A stretch of 64,000 nt of DNA from an uncultured Clostridium sp. (GTDB taxonomy: Bacteria > Bacillota > Clostridia > TANB77 > CAG-508). Location of the stretch: the NCBI GenBank assembly GCA_964608075.1, contig CAZSMG010000002.1, forward strand, positions 5,154 through 69,153. Reading direction: 5' to 3'. Below the pieces are notes generated by a model that was not told the origin of the DNA, made no database searches, and saw only the letters and a program-made list of their open reading frames with translations. Shown here in pieces: positions 51,165-60,101 of the stretch (within the stretch, counting starts at the first letter, position 1; each line of letters starts with the position of its first letter). The translations under genes were made by a program, and so were the position numbers.

Positions 51165-54100
51165 ATGGAAGAGAACACAAATTATGAAGTATTAATTCCT
51201 AATAATATGATTGAAAATAAGGCAGAAGACGCATTAGAATTTGCATTAAAAAATGAGAAGATAAGAAATGTTGCGATAACTGGGCAATATTCTTCAGGAA
51301 AATCAAGTATGATACAATCATATTTTGGTAAATATTGTAAAGAAAAGGAATATTTAAATATATCATTAGCGACATTTGAGAAAAAAGAAAATGCAAATGA
51401 ACCTATTGAAGAATCTAATTCATTGGAAAGAGTTATAATAGAAAAGTTATATTATTCTTTTTTAAAAAAATATGATAAACAAGAAAATATAAAAGAATCT
51501 ATACTAACAGGTATTCTTGTTGCATTTATTAATATAGGAATATACTTATTTAATATTGAAGCAATAAGAAATAGTTTAAATGATAACTTTTGGACAACTC
51601 TAATATTTATTTTCTTAGAAATAATATGTTTAACAAGCATAATAGGATGTTCTATATCATTTGTAATGAATTTTCAGAAGATTAAATTGAAACTAGGAGA
51701 TGTTGAAGTAGAAGTAAATCATAATAGTAAAGAAACTAGCCGTAATTTATTAAATGAGGAAATAGATTTTATTGTAAAAATTATGAGTATTGCTAAATAT
51801 AAGTATATTGTATTTGAAGATTTAGATAGATTTCAAAATCCAAAGATATTTGAAAGATTGAGGGATTTAAATATTACATTAAATTCGACATTAAAGAATA
51901 AAGTGAAATTTATATATGCGATAAAAGATGAAATGTTTATTGCAGACAATAGAACTAAATTTTTTGATTTTATTATACCTGTTGTGCCATATGTGTCTTA
52001 TGAAAATTCAGGAGAAGAATTGTTAAAAATAATAAGAAAGCATGGATTGGAGAATGAACTGTCCGAAGATTTTATTTTAGATATTGCACTATATATACCT
52101 GATATGAGAATATTAAAAAACACAATAAACGAATACATTATTTATAAGAAAACTCTTGATAAGAAGCCACCAAATTATGAGAAATTATTTTCTATTTTAT
52201 TATATAAAAATACTTGTTCACAGGATTTTGCCAAACTACAAAATAAAGACGGTGAAGTATATAAATGTTTTTCTAAAAAAAGCGAAGTAATCGAGAAATA
52301 TATTGAAGAAAAACAAGAAGAAATTGAAGACAAAAAGAAAGAACATAAAGAACTAGAAAAGAATTTAATATCCAAAAACAGTATTAAAGAACTTGCAGTA
52401 TATTATATGAAAAGTATATCTAAAGATTATCAAGTGACATTAAAAAGCATAGAGGGAAAAGAAGTAAGAATACAATTAGGTATGAATGTAGAGAATATTT
52501 CAGATAACATTTTATTTTCAGACAATACAACAATAGAATATGTATATAATGGAAGTTGGAAAACAGAAAATTTATCTAATTTTTTCAAAGAAAAGTGCCC
52601 AGGATTTTTTGAACAATATGAGATTTTTAGAGAAGGTGTAGATGATATAAAAGAAAAAATTAGCATGGAAATAGGAAAGATAAACGAAGAGATTGATAAG
52701 ATAAGAGAATGTACATTAAGTGAACTATTGCAAGAGAATGGAAAAATTGTAACAGTAAGTTTAGGGAAATATAGTGATTTAATTAAATATTTGCTAAATA
52801 ATGGCTATATTGATGAAAATTATAGTACATATATTAATAAATTTCACGAAGGAAGTATTACAGAGAATGATTATAATTTTATAATGAATGTAAGAAATGG
52901 AAAACAAAATAATTATAAAGATAAATTAGACAATACTATAAAAATAATAAAAAGACTAAAAAATGCAGAATTCAAAAAAGAAGAAATATTGAATATAGAT
53001 ATATTAGATGTTCTGATTGAAAATGATCTATATGTTGAGAAAAAGAATATATTTTTTTCAACACTAATAAAATCAAATAGATATGTAGAATTTATTAAAT
53101 ATTGTATATGTGAATCAGAAACATTTAAAAACAAAAATAAAATGATTACAAATTTATGCAAATTAGATAAGGACATATTGAACAAAGTGCAAGATTCTAA
53201 AATTGAAAATAGATATAAAAATTTCATTCTGGAAGATATTATAATAAAAATAGAAATAGATAATTTAAAAGAACTAAATAATATAGATGAGATACTTAAA
53301 TATAGTGAAGAAAACAACCTACTAAAAAAGGCAAAAATAGTTGATATAAAAGATAAAATTGACCAATTTGATATAAAGTATAATAATATTTCTGAATTTA
53401 AAGATAATATTGATTTATATAAATACATTGTAGAGAATAATAAATATAAGATTAATTATGAAAATATATTAGAAATACTTATGAACGAAAGTAAGAGTAA
53501 TAAAGATGAAATAGAAGAAGAGAACTACTATAGTATATCTAAAAATAAACAGTTAAAAAAATATATAGATGAAGATATAGAATTTTATATTGGTAATGTA
53601 TATAGTAAATTACCTAAAAAACAAAAGAATCCTATAGGGATAGTAGTAGATCTACTAAATAATTCTAATATGAATGCTGAAAGTAAACGAAAAATTATAA
53701 TAAAAGAAATTAACAAAATTGAAGACATATCAGAAATACAAGACAGTGGCTTATGGAAAGTTATATTTGACAATAATTTAGTAAAATTAGGATGGAAAAA
53801 TATAAACAATTATTATGAGAAATTAGGATTAGATGAAACATTAATAAATATATTTAATGACAAAGAAAAAAGAAAGTTATTATTACAAGATAATATAAAA
53901 ATTGAAGATAATAGTAATTCAGAATTTATAAGAGATTTATTGTTATCTAATAATTTAAATGAAGAGGCACATAGTTTAATATTAAAAAATAGTGAATACA
54001 AATTAAGTAATGTTGAAATAAGCGAATTAAAAGAAGAGAAACTTCTGAAATTAGTAAATAATAAAAGAATTGAATTTAGCAATGAGATGATAGAAAAGGT

Positions 54101-54635
54101 GAGGGCTTATTCAGTAAAAATGCTAATAGCATTTATAAAGAATAATTATAATAATTTTTATAAAGAAATTGATAATGATAGTATTGTATTTAATTTGGAA
54201 GAAATAAATGGAATTCTTGAATCAGATGTTACACCAAATATGAAAAATAAGTGTATTAATATGATTCGAAATGATGAAATAGAAAGTCTACCAATAGTTT
54301 TATTAGAGAATATTTCATTAGTATCTATAAATAATAACTTAAAAGATAATATAAGTGAAGAAATTCTATTAAAGATTATTATGAATATACAAAATATAGA
54401 ATCAAAGATAAAATTGATAAACTTAAATTTTAGTAAAGTAAGTAGAGATAATATAGATATATTACTAAAAAGTTTAGGTGAGGATTATTATAAAATAATT
54501 GTTAACAGAACAAGGCCAAGTTTAAAACATAATGAATCTAATATATTACTATTAGAAAATATCAAAAGTTTAGGATATAAAATTAAACATGAAACTAATG
54601 GGCAAACTATAAAATTAAAAAATACAATTAGATAA
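51165..54635 (+). CDS. KAP-family P-loop NTPase (1156 aa) with TM helices inserted in the NTPase domain and a long K/E/N-rich helical C-terminal region
   Basis: Walker A ITGQYSSGKSS, Walker B KYIVFEDLDRF. Two to four hydrophobic helices (ILTGILVAFINIGIYLF, TTLIFIFLEIICLTSIIGCSISFV) lie between them. This is the KAP hallmark. Confidence 0.8.
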   Translation: MEENTNYEVLIPNNMIENKAEDALEFALKNEKIRNVAITGQYSSGKSSMIQSYFGKYCKEKEYLNISLATFEKKENANEPIEESNSLERVIIEKLYYSFLKKYDKQENIKESILTGILVAFINIGIYLFNIEAIRNSLNDNFWTTLIFIFLEIICLTSIIGCSISFVMNFQKIKLKLGDVEVEVNHNSKETSRNLLNEEIDFIVKIMSIAKYKYIVFEDLDRFQNPKIFERLRDLNITLNSTLKNKVKFIYAIKDEMFIADNRTKFFDFIIPVVPYVSYENSGEELLKIIRKHGLENELSEDFILDIALYIPDMRILKNTINEYIIYKKTLDKKPPNYEKLFSILLYKNTCSQDFAKLQNKDGEVYKCFSKKSEVIEKYIEEKQEEIEDKKKEHKELEKNLISKNSIKELAVYYMKSISKDYQVTLKSIEGKEVRIQLGMNVENISDNILFSDNTTIEYVYNGSWKTENLSNFFKEKCPGFFEQYEIFREGVDDIKEKISMEIGKINEEIDKIRECTLSELLQENGKIVTVSLGKYSDLIKYLLNNGYIDENYSTYINKFHEGSITENDYNFIMNVRNGKQNNYKDKLDNTIKIIKRLKNAEFKKEEILNIDILDVLIENDLYVEKKNIFFSTLIKSNRYVEFIKYCICESETFKNKNKMITNLCKLDKDILNKVQDSKIENRYKNFILEDIIIKIEIDNLKELNNIDEILKYSEENNLLKKAKIVDIKDKIDQFDIKYNNISEFKDNIDLYKYIVENNKYKINYENILEILMNESKSNKDEIEEENYYSISKNKQLKKYIDEDIEFYIGNVYSKLPKKQKNPIGIVVDLLNNSNMNAESKRKIIIKEINKIEDISEIQDSGLWKVIFDNNLVKLGWKNINNYYEKLGLDETLINIFNDKEKRKLLLQDNIKIEDNSNSEFIRDLLLSNNLNEEAHSLILKNSEYKLSNVEISELKEEKLLKLVNNKRIEFSNEMIEKVRAYSVKMLIAFIKNNYNNFYKEIDNDSIVFNLEEINGILESDVTPNMKNKCINMIRNDEIESLPIVLLENISLVSINNNLKDNISEEILLKIIMNIQNIESKIKLINLNFSKVSRDNIDILLKSLGEDYYKIIVNRTRPSLKHNESNILLLENIKSLGYKIKHETNGQTIKLKNTIR

Positions 54636-54750
54636 TAATTATTGTATAAAATTTCAATATATAAGATATTAACTTAAATTCATTTCGTTGTCAAAAGGTG
54701 TTATTTATGATAGAATGCTATCAAATAATTATATTTTTAGGAGACCAATT

Positions 54751-54936
54751 ATGAAAATTAAGTGTTTAATTTGTGGAAACATAATAGAATCAAAAAGTGT
54801 ACATGATTTAGCATCTTGCAAATGTGAATCGTGTTATATTGATGGTGGAAGTTATTATGCACATATAGGTGCAAGAGACTTTAATAAAATTGTTAAAATT
54901 TTGGATGATGGAATAGAAGTTAAATGTTGCAATTAA
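54751..54936 (+). CDS. Small zinc-ribbon protein (about 61 aa)
   Basis: CLICGN...CKCESC...CC pattern. AGGAG RBS 7 nt upstream of the MKIKCLICG start. The track ORF starts at 54688. A terminator-like hairpin (gcaaaata...tattttgc plus T-run) follows. Confidence 0.5.
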   Translation: MKIKCLICGNIIESKSVHDLASCKCESCYIDGGSYYAHIGARDFNKIVKILDDGIEVKCCN

Positions 54937-55091
54937 TATATGAATAACAAAAGAAAGGCAAAATAGTAATGTGATTAATTTTACAAGATTATTTTGCTTT
55001 TTTTGATAATTAATTACAAGTTTCGACAAATTATTTAATTAAAAAGTAATATAATATTAAAGTAATAATATATGTAAAAGGAGTCAAGTAA

Positions 55092-57440
55092 ATGAATATT
55101 GTAGAAAATGGAGTAAAAGTAGATTTTCACATACATTCTATTGCATCTAAACATAAAGAAGAGTCAGGAAAAGTTGAAAATTCGACAATTGATAAATTGG
55201 ATATATTAATAAAAAATCTAAATGATAGACAAATCAATATGTGTTCAATTTCTGATCATGATAATTTTGATATAAATATTTATAAAGCTTTAAAGAAACA
55301 AGAAAACAAAGGATCTATAAAGAAAGTTTTACCAGCAGTAGAATTTTCAGTAAAGTATGATTCAAAAGTAATACATATTATTACAATTTTTGAAGATAAT
55401 GATGACAATAAATTGGAGAATATTAACAAACTTATATTTGATAATAAGAAAAATATTCCATTATATGACCAAGAAATGTCATTTTCAGAAGAAAAATTTT
55501 TAGAGATATTAAAGAAAATAGATTTAAATGTTGTTATGATTGCACATCAAAAAGAAAGTTTAACAAGTAATAAAATAAGAAACAATGATGTTATGTCTTT
55601 AGGAAAAGAAAAATTTAATGAATTAGTATTTATAGATTATTTTGAATCTTTTGAATTCAAAAACAAAAGAAATGAAATATTTAATAAATATTATATAGAA
55701 AATAATCAAGAAAATTTAAATAGTGAAGATTTAAGATTTATTACTGGAAGTGATTGTCATAAATGGAGTGAGTATCCATTAGAAGATGAAAAATTCTCTT
55801 TTACTTATTTAAAATGTTTGCCAACATTTAGAGGATTGGCAATGGCAATTACAAATACTAAAAGAATAAAATTAGTAAATAGCTTTTTTTCAAATAGTGA
55901 TAATAAAGTTGATAGTATAAAGATTTCGATTAATGGTAAGGAAAAAAATATTCCTTTATCAAGAGGAATAAATGCGATCATAGGAGATAATTCAATAGGA
56001 AAATCATTATTACTTCATAAAATAACTAATTATGAATACTTAAAAGATTCAAAAATAGAAAAGAAGTATGAAGAGTATTTAAACAAAAATAATATTCAAC
56101 TTGAAACATCTATTTCACAAGATAAAATATATAGAGTTGATAAACAGGGTGCAGTAAGGGAAATGTTTGAAAAAAAGACTTTTAATGTAAATGGATTTTT
56201 AAATGAATATTTTCCTCCTGTACCAAATGTTGAAAAATATAAAACTAAGGTAAAGGATGAAATACATAGATATATACAAGATATAAAGGATAATTATGAT
56301 TATAGAGAAAATAAAAAGAAAATATCTAGTTTTTATATAAAATATTTTGAAGAAAATGCAAAATCATTAAATCTTCAAAAAACTAGAAAGAATTTTAAAG
56401 CTAAAATCCAAAAACTAAATAATATTATAGCTGAGTTTGAAGATATTAATTTGAAGCTAGATAAACTAATTAAAAATAAAGATGTTTTTGAAGATGATGT
56501 TAAATTATTGGAAGAACAGAAGAATATTTATTATAAATTGATAGATAAATATAATCAAGAAATTGAAAGGTGGAAATTTGAAAATAGTAAGATTAAGATT
56601 GTAAATGATTGCTTAGGAAAATTGGCACAGAAGTTACAGAAATCTAAAACTGATAATACAAAGGCAATAGAAAATTACGAAAACACATTAGAGACATTCG
56701 AAGATAATATCGTAAATTTATATTTGCAATCAAAAAAAGAAAGAATCTATTCTGCGAATATAAAGAAGGAAATAATTCCTATAGAATATAATAATGTTGG
56801 TACATATAGATTTATTAATAAATGTGATGTTGAAGAAGTATCAAATGAGTATATTATAAAAAGTATTCAAAAGGTATTAGGCAAAAAAATTAAAGATATA
56901 AATACTTTAACAGAAGATAATATTTCAGAGAAGCTAGAAGGAGAAGACTTTTACGAAAAATTAGATAATTTAGAGAAAGAAATATACAAAAAGATTGAAT
57001 CAGACTTTAAATACAAGCCAATAATAAATAACTTAGAGGATAAAGATATTACTAAAGAATTGTCAGCTGGATTTAATTCAAAGATATATTTTGATATATT
57101 ATCCGAACAAAGTCAAAAAGATGGTATATATATAATAGATCAACCAGAAGATGATGTATCACAAAAGTCAATTAAAGAGTATTTGTTAGAAGATTTTTAT
57201 AATATGAGTCAAAATAGACAAATTATCTTAGTAACGCATAACCCTCAATTTATTGTAAATTTAGATGTTGATAATGTCATTTATCTAGGAAAGAATGAGG
57301 ATAATGAAATTATAGTACAAAGTGGAGCATTGGAGTATTTTAATGAAGAATATGATATGTTAAAAATTGTGGCAGATAATATAGATGGAGGAATTAGTTC
57401 TATTAATGAAAGGTGGAAAAGATATGAAAAAAATATATAA
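55092..57440 (+). CDS. PHP-domain phosphoesterase fused to an ABC-type (OLD/Rad50-like) ATPase with a coiled-coil insert
   Basis: N-terminal PHP motifs DFHIHSIAS and SISDHDN. Walker A GDNSIGKS. A long coiled-coil segment of about 300 aa. Signature-like LSAGFN, Walker B IYIIDQPEDD, H-loop ILVTHNPQF. Confidence 0.8.
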   Translation: MNIVENGVKVDFHIHSIASKHKEESGKVENSTIDKLDILIKNLNDRQINMCSISDHDNFDINIYKALKKQENKGSIKKVLPAVEFSVKYDSKVIHIITIFEDNDDNKLENINKLIFDNKKNIPLYDQEMSFSEEKFLEILKKIDLNVVMIAHQKESLTSNKIRNNDVMSLGKEKFNELVFIDYFESFEFKNKRNEIFNKYYIENNQENLNSEDLRFITGSDCHKWSEYPLEDEKFSFTYLKCLPTFRGLAMAITNTKRIKLVNSFFSNSDNKVDSIKISINGKEKNIPLSRGINAIIGDNSIGKSLLLHKITNYEYLKDSKIEKKYEEYLNKNNIQLETSISQDKIYRVDKQGAVREMFEKKTFNVNGFLNEYFPPVPNVEKYKTKVKDEIHRYIQDIKDNYDYRENKKKISSFYIKYFEENAKSLNLQKTRKNFKAKIQKLNNIIAEFEDINLKLDKLIKNKDVFEDDVKLLEEQKNIYYKLIDKYNQEIERWKFENSKIKIVNDCLGKLAQKLQKSKTDNTKAIENYENTLETFEDNIVNLYLQSKKERIYSANIKKEIIPIEYNNVGTYRFINKCDVEEVSNEYIIKSIQKVLGKKIKDINTLTEDNISEKLEGEDFYEKLDNLEKEIYKKIESDFKYKPIINNLEDKDITKELSAGFNSKIYFDILSEQSQKDGIYIIDQPEDDVSQKSIKEYLLEDFYNMSQNRQIILVTHNPQFIVNLDVDNVIYLGKNEDNEIIVQSGALEYFNEEYDMLKIVADNIDGGISSINERWKRYEKNI

Positions 57441-57699
57441 TTTTGAAGAAAATGAGGAAGCATATGCAATTTTTTTTGAAGAAACAGAAGTATATACAAT
57501 TAATAAGGATAATTTAAAGGTAGATGGAACTAGATTTTATGAAACTTTTTTTAGCGAATACTCTATTGGCGATACCATAGAATTAAATAAAGGCAATAGT
57601 GTTGATAATAGCAATAAACTATCAATTGCTATTTATGATACTATAAACAAATTGATAAATGAGATAATTAAAAAAATAGATGAAGAAAAAGAGGAGTAA
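57424..57699 (+). CDS. Small acidic protein (91 aa) translationally coupled to the PHP-ATPase gene
   Basis: ATG at 57424 overlaps the last 17 nt of the upstream gene in another frame. A terminator follows directly. Confidence 0.5.
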   Translation: MKKIYNFEENEEAYAIFFEETEVYTINKDNLKVDGTRFYETFFSEYSIGDTIELNKGNSVDNSNKLSIAIYDTINKLINEIIKKIDEEKEE

Positions 57700-57727
57700 G
57701 AAGGCGAAACAATCGCCTTCTTTGAGA
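57700..57727 (+). terminator. Rho-independent terminator
   Basis: Hairpin gaaggcg-aaacaa-tcgccttc followed by TTTG. Confidence 0.7.
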
Positions 57728-57732
57728 GTATA

Positions 57733-59197
57733 GAAAAAGTTGTGTAAATAAATCCTTCCGTGATAAAATATAAAATATCAAGGAGGGATTTTTTCTATGG
57801 GTAAAAAAGTAGAAAAAGAAAAAAATGAATTAGTAGAGGAGTTTTTTAGAAGAAATGATCCAAAAAATATTAAATCTATGAATGATATGTATGCAGCATG
57901 GAAAGATTTCTTTGCTCCTGCTTTCCAACAATTGCTAGATGCAGAAATGGAGGCTAAAATTGGTTATTCTAAAAATGAAAGAACAGATAATAACAATTAT
58001 CGAAATGGATATTATCCAGAAAGAACTGTAGCAACAGAAATGGGAGATATTCCAGTAAAAGTACCTAGAGATAGAAATGGAGAAATTGACTCTAATTTAG
58101 TTCCTAAATATTCACGAACAGCAAATGGATTTGATGAAAAGGTAATATCTATGTATGCTTTAGGAATGTCTGATAAAGATATTCAAGAACAAATAAAGGA
58201 AATATTTGGTTGTAATCTTTCACCAGACATGATAAGTGATATAACAGATAAGATTATACCAGAAATACAAGAATGGCAAAAAAGGAAACTAGAAAGTGTT
58301 TATCCAATAGTATTCATAGATGCAACACATTTCCATGTCCGCGATAACGGACAAATAGTAAAGAAAGCTGCATATGTAGTGTTAGGAATTGATAAAGATG
58401 GAATGAAGAAAGTATTAACAATAACAATAGGAGAAAATGAAAGTGCAAAATATTGGATGACAGTATTAAATGAACTCAAAAATCGAGGAGTACAAGATAT
58501 TCTAGTATTATGTGCAGATGGACTAACAGGACTAAAAGATGCAATATCAGCTATTTATCCTAAAACAGAATATCAAAGATGTATAGTACATCAAATAAGA
58601 AACTCATTAAAGTATGTTCCATACACAGATAGAAAAGAATTAGCTAATGACTTAAAAACAGTTTACAAGGCAAGTACAGAAGAAATCGGCTATACAAATT
58701 TATTAGAATTAGAAGAAAAATGGAAAAATAAATATCCTGGTGCAATTCAAAGTTGGATAGATAATTGGGATGTACTTTCCGTATTTTTCAAATTCTCAGC
58801 AGAAATACGAAAAATAATGTATACAACAAATGCAATAGAAAGCTTAAATAGTACATATAAAAGGATTAACAGAAATAGAAATGTATTTCCAACAGATATG
58901 TCTTTACTAAAAGTTCTTTATCTTTCAACATTGAAAGCAGAGAAAAAATGGTCAAGAATGGTTGATAAATGGGACTTATGTTTGTCCCAATTTAGAATTA
59001 TGTATGAAGGTAGAATATAGTTAAAAGCCTAAAATAATAGGCTTAAGAAGAAATTTTCTTAAGTCCTATTAATTTTACACAACTTTTTCTAAAAAATTGA
59101 TTTTTTAGAAAAATATTATTAAAATAAACATAGTTATAAAAATATTAATTTTTTCAAGTTATCAATCGGAAGGAAATCCGATTTACACAACTTTTAC
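57733..59197 (+). mobile_element. IS256-family insertion sequence, with a second nested copy of the right inverted repeat
   Basis: Left IR gaaaaagttgtgtaaataaatccttcc (57733-57759). Right IR-like ...tcctattaattttacacaactttttc (about 59063-59090). A second IR copy ggaaggaaatccgatttacacaacttttac (59168-59197). A mutator-type transposase gene lies between them. Confidence 0.8.
57797..59020 (+). CDS. IS256-family (mutator-type) transposase
   Basis: 407 aa. Conserved DDE region (VFIDATHFHVRDNG...LVLCADGLTGL...YQRCIVHQIRN). Confidence 0.9.
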   Translation: MGKKVEKEKNELVEEFFRRNDPKNIKSMNDMYAAWKDFFAPAFQQLLDAEMEAKIGYSKNERTDNNNYRNGYYPERTVATEMGDIPVKVPRDRNGEIDSNLVPKYSRTANGFDEKVISMYALGMSDKDIQEQIKEIFGCNLSPDMISDITDKIIPEIQEWQKRKLESVYPIVFIDATHFHVRDNGQIVKKAAYVVLGIDKDGMKKVLTITIGENESAKYWMTVLNELKNRGVQDILVLCADGLTGLKDAISAIYPKTEYQRCIVHQIRNSLKYVPYTDRKELANDLKTVYKASTEEIGYTNLLELEEKWKNKYPGAIQSWIDNWDVLSVFFKFSAEIRKIMYTTNAIESLNSTYKRINRNRNVFPTDMSLLKVLYLSTLKAEKKWSRMVDKWDLCLSQFRIMYEGRI

Positions 59198-59271
59198 GAT
59201 ATTCTCCTTCCTTTCTCCTTTTTGACATTTTAAAGTGCAATTTTATATTTTTAAAGTGCAAATTTTGCACT

Positions 59272-59577
59272 TTAAAATGAAACATTATTATTACAACATC
59301 CCATAATCAACTGCACCCCATCTACAAAACCATTCCTATAATACTTCTCATTCCAATAATCAATATAATTCATAAAATTCTCATCAAGAAAACCAAGCTG
59401 TTTTTGAACATATTTCCTATCTTTTTTAGGAACACGTTTTAAAATCCTTTCAGAAATCTCATCAAAATAAATATGATGTTTTCTATCCTCATCACAAGTC
59501 AAAGAACATAAATCCTCCTCTCTAAAATTTAACCAATCTTTTAAAATATCATTATTAACCTCTCTAAAATTATTCAT
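59272..59577 (-). CDS. Hypothetical protein (about 101 aa)
   Basis: GGAGG RBS with an 8-nt spacer to the MNNFREV start. The track ORF begins at 59607. Confidence 0.45.
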   Translation of the reverse strand: MNNFREVNNDILKDWLNFREEDLCSLTCDEDRKHHIYFDEISERILKRVPKKDRKYVQKQLGFLDENFMNYIDYWNEKYYRNGFVDGVQLIMGCCNNNVSF

Positions 59578-59695
59578 TGTTAAAACCTCCATTTTTATAA
59601 ATTTCAAAATTTAACACATCAAAACACAATAAAACTTGCAAATACAAATTCAAAAATCCATTGAAATTTCATGTATTTGATGCCTCAAAAAACTG

Positions 59696-59713
59696 GGGAC
59701 AAATTGGGGACAA
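59696..59713 (+). repeat. Arm-type repeat GGGGACAAATTGGGGACA, right copy
   Basis: Matches 43172-43189. Confidence 0.6.
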
Positions 59714-59830
59714 TGCTAGCAAAAATAGACCTATTTTAACCTAATTCATAATCACACCAATTTGCTATAACCCTATTAAAACCAATAAAAACTCAAGTTA
59801 ACAAAATTTCTCAAAAACACTTATTAAATT

Positions 59831-59845
59831 CTCATAACCCGAAGG
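59831..59845 (+). other. Putative attR core: 15-nt exact copy of the tRNA-fMet anticodon stem-loop segment
   Basis: ctcataacccgaagg is identical to 43055-43069. The following sequence only weakly resembles the tRNA 3-prime half. Confidence 0.5.
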
Positions 59846-60101
59846 CTACAAGTTTGATTTTTATTCTGCAAACACTAAAAATAAAAAATAGGAGTGACTA
59901 CTTATGTTTTTTTGCCGATTTATAGAAAATTTTAAAAATTTGTGATATAAGATATAATAGAATTAGAAAATAATGAAATTTGTTAAAGATAGAGATTGAT
60001 AAAAATCTAATATAACAAAAAAATCTACCTAACTCAATAAAAACTGTTGAATTATTAGAAGCTTTCCAATGGAATAATAAGTAATAAAGGATGAAGAATA
60101 T

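Larger units (their letters stand above)
43055..59845. mobile_element. Putative about 16.8-kb integrative island inserted in the tRNA-fMet anticodon-loop region. It is integrase/excisionase-bounded and carries a replication module, a MobC-like gene and defence cargo
   Basis: An identical 15-nt core ctcataacccgaagg occurs at 43055-43069 (inside the tRNA) and at 59831-59845. A near-identical GGGGACAAWTTGGGGACA occurs at 43172-43189 and 59696-59713, each about 120-135 bp inside the cores. The integrase is adjacent to the tRNA. Confidence 0.55.

Noticed and set aside
52913-53428. 171-aa and other minus-strand ORFs inside the KAP NTPase gene (e.g. 53585-53809, 53813-54082)
   Set aside because: They are low-complexity antisense frames of an A/T-rich coding region. 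The sense strand has clear Walker motifs.
59831-59880. A second complete tRNA at the island right end
   Set aside because: Only the 15-nt anticodon stem-loop segment is identical to tRNA-fMet. The downstream sequence lacks a T-arm (GTTCGAATC) and acceptor stem, so it is an att core remnant, not a tRNA gene.
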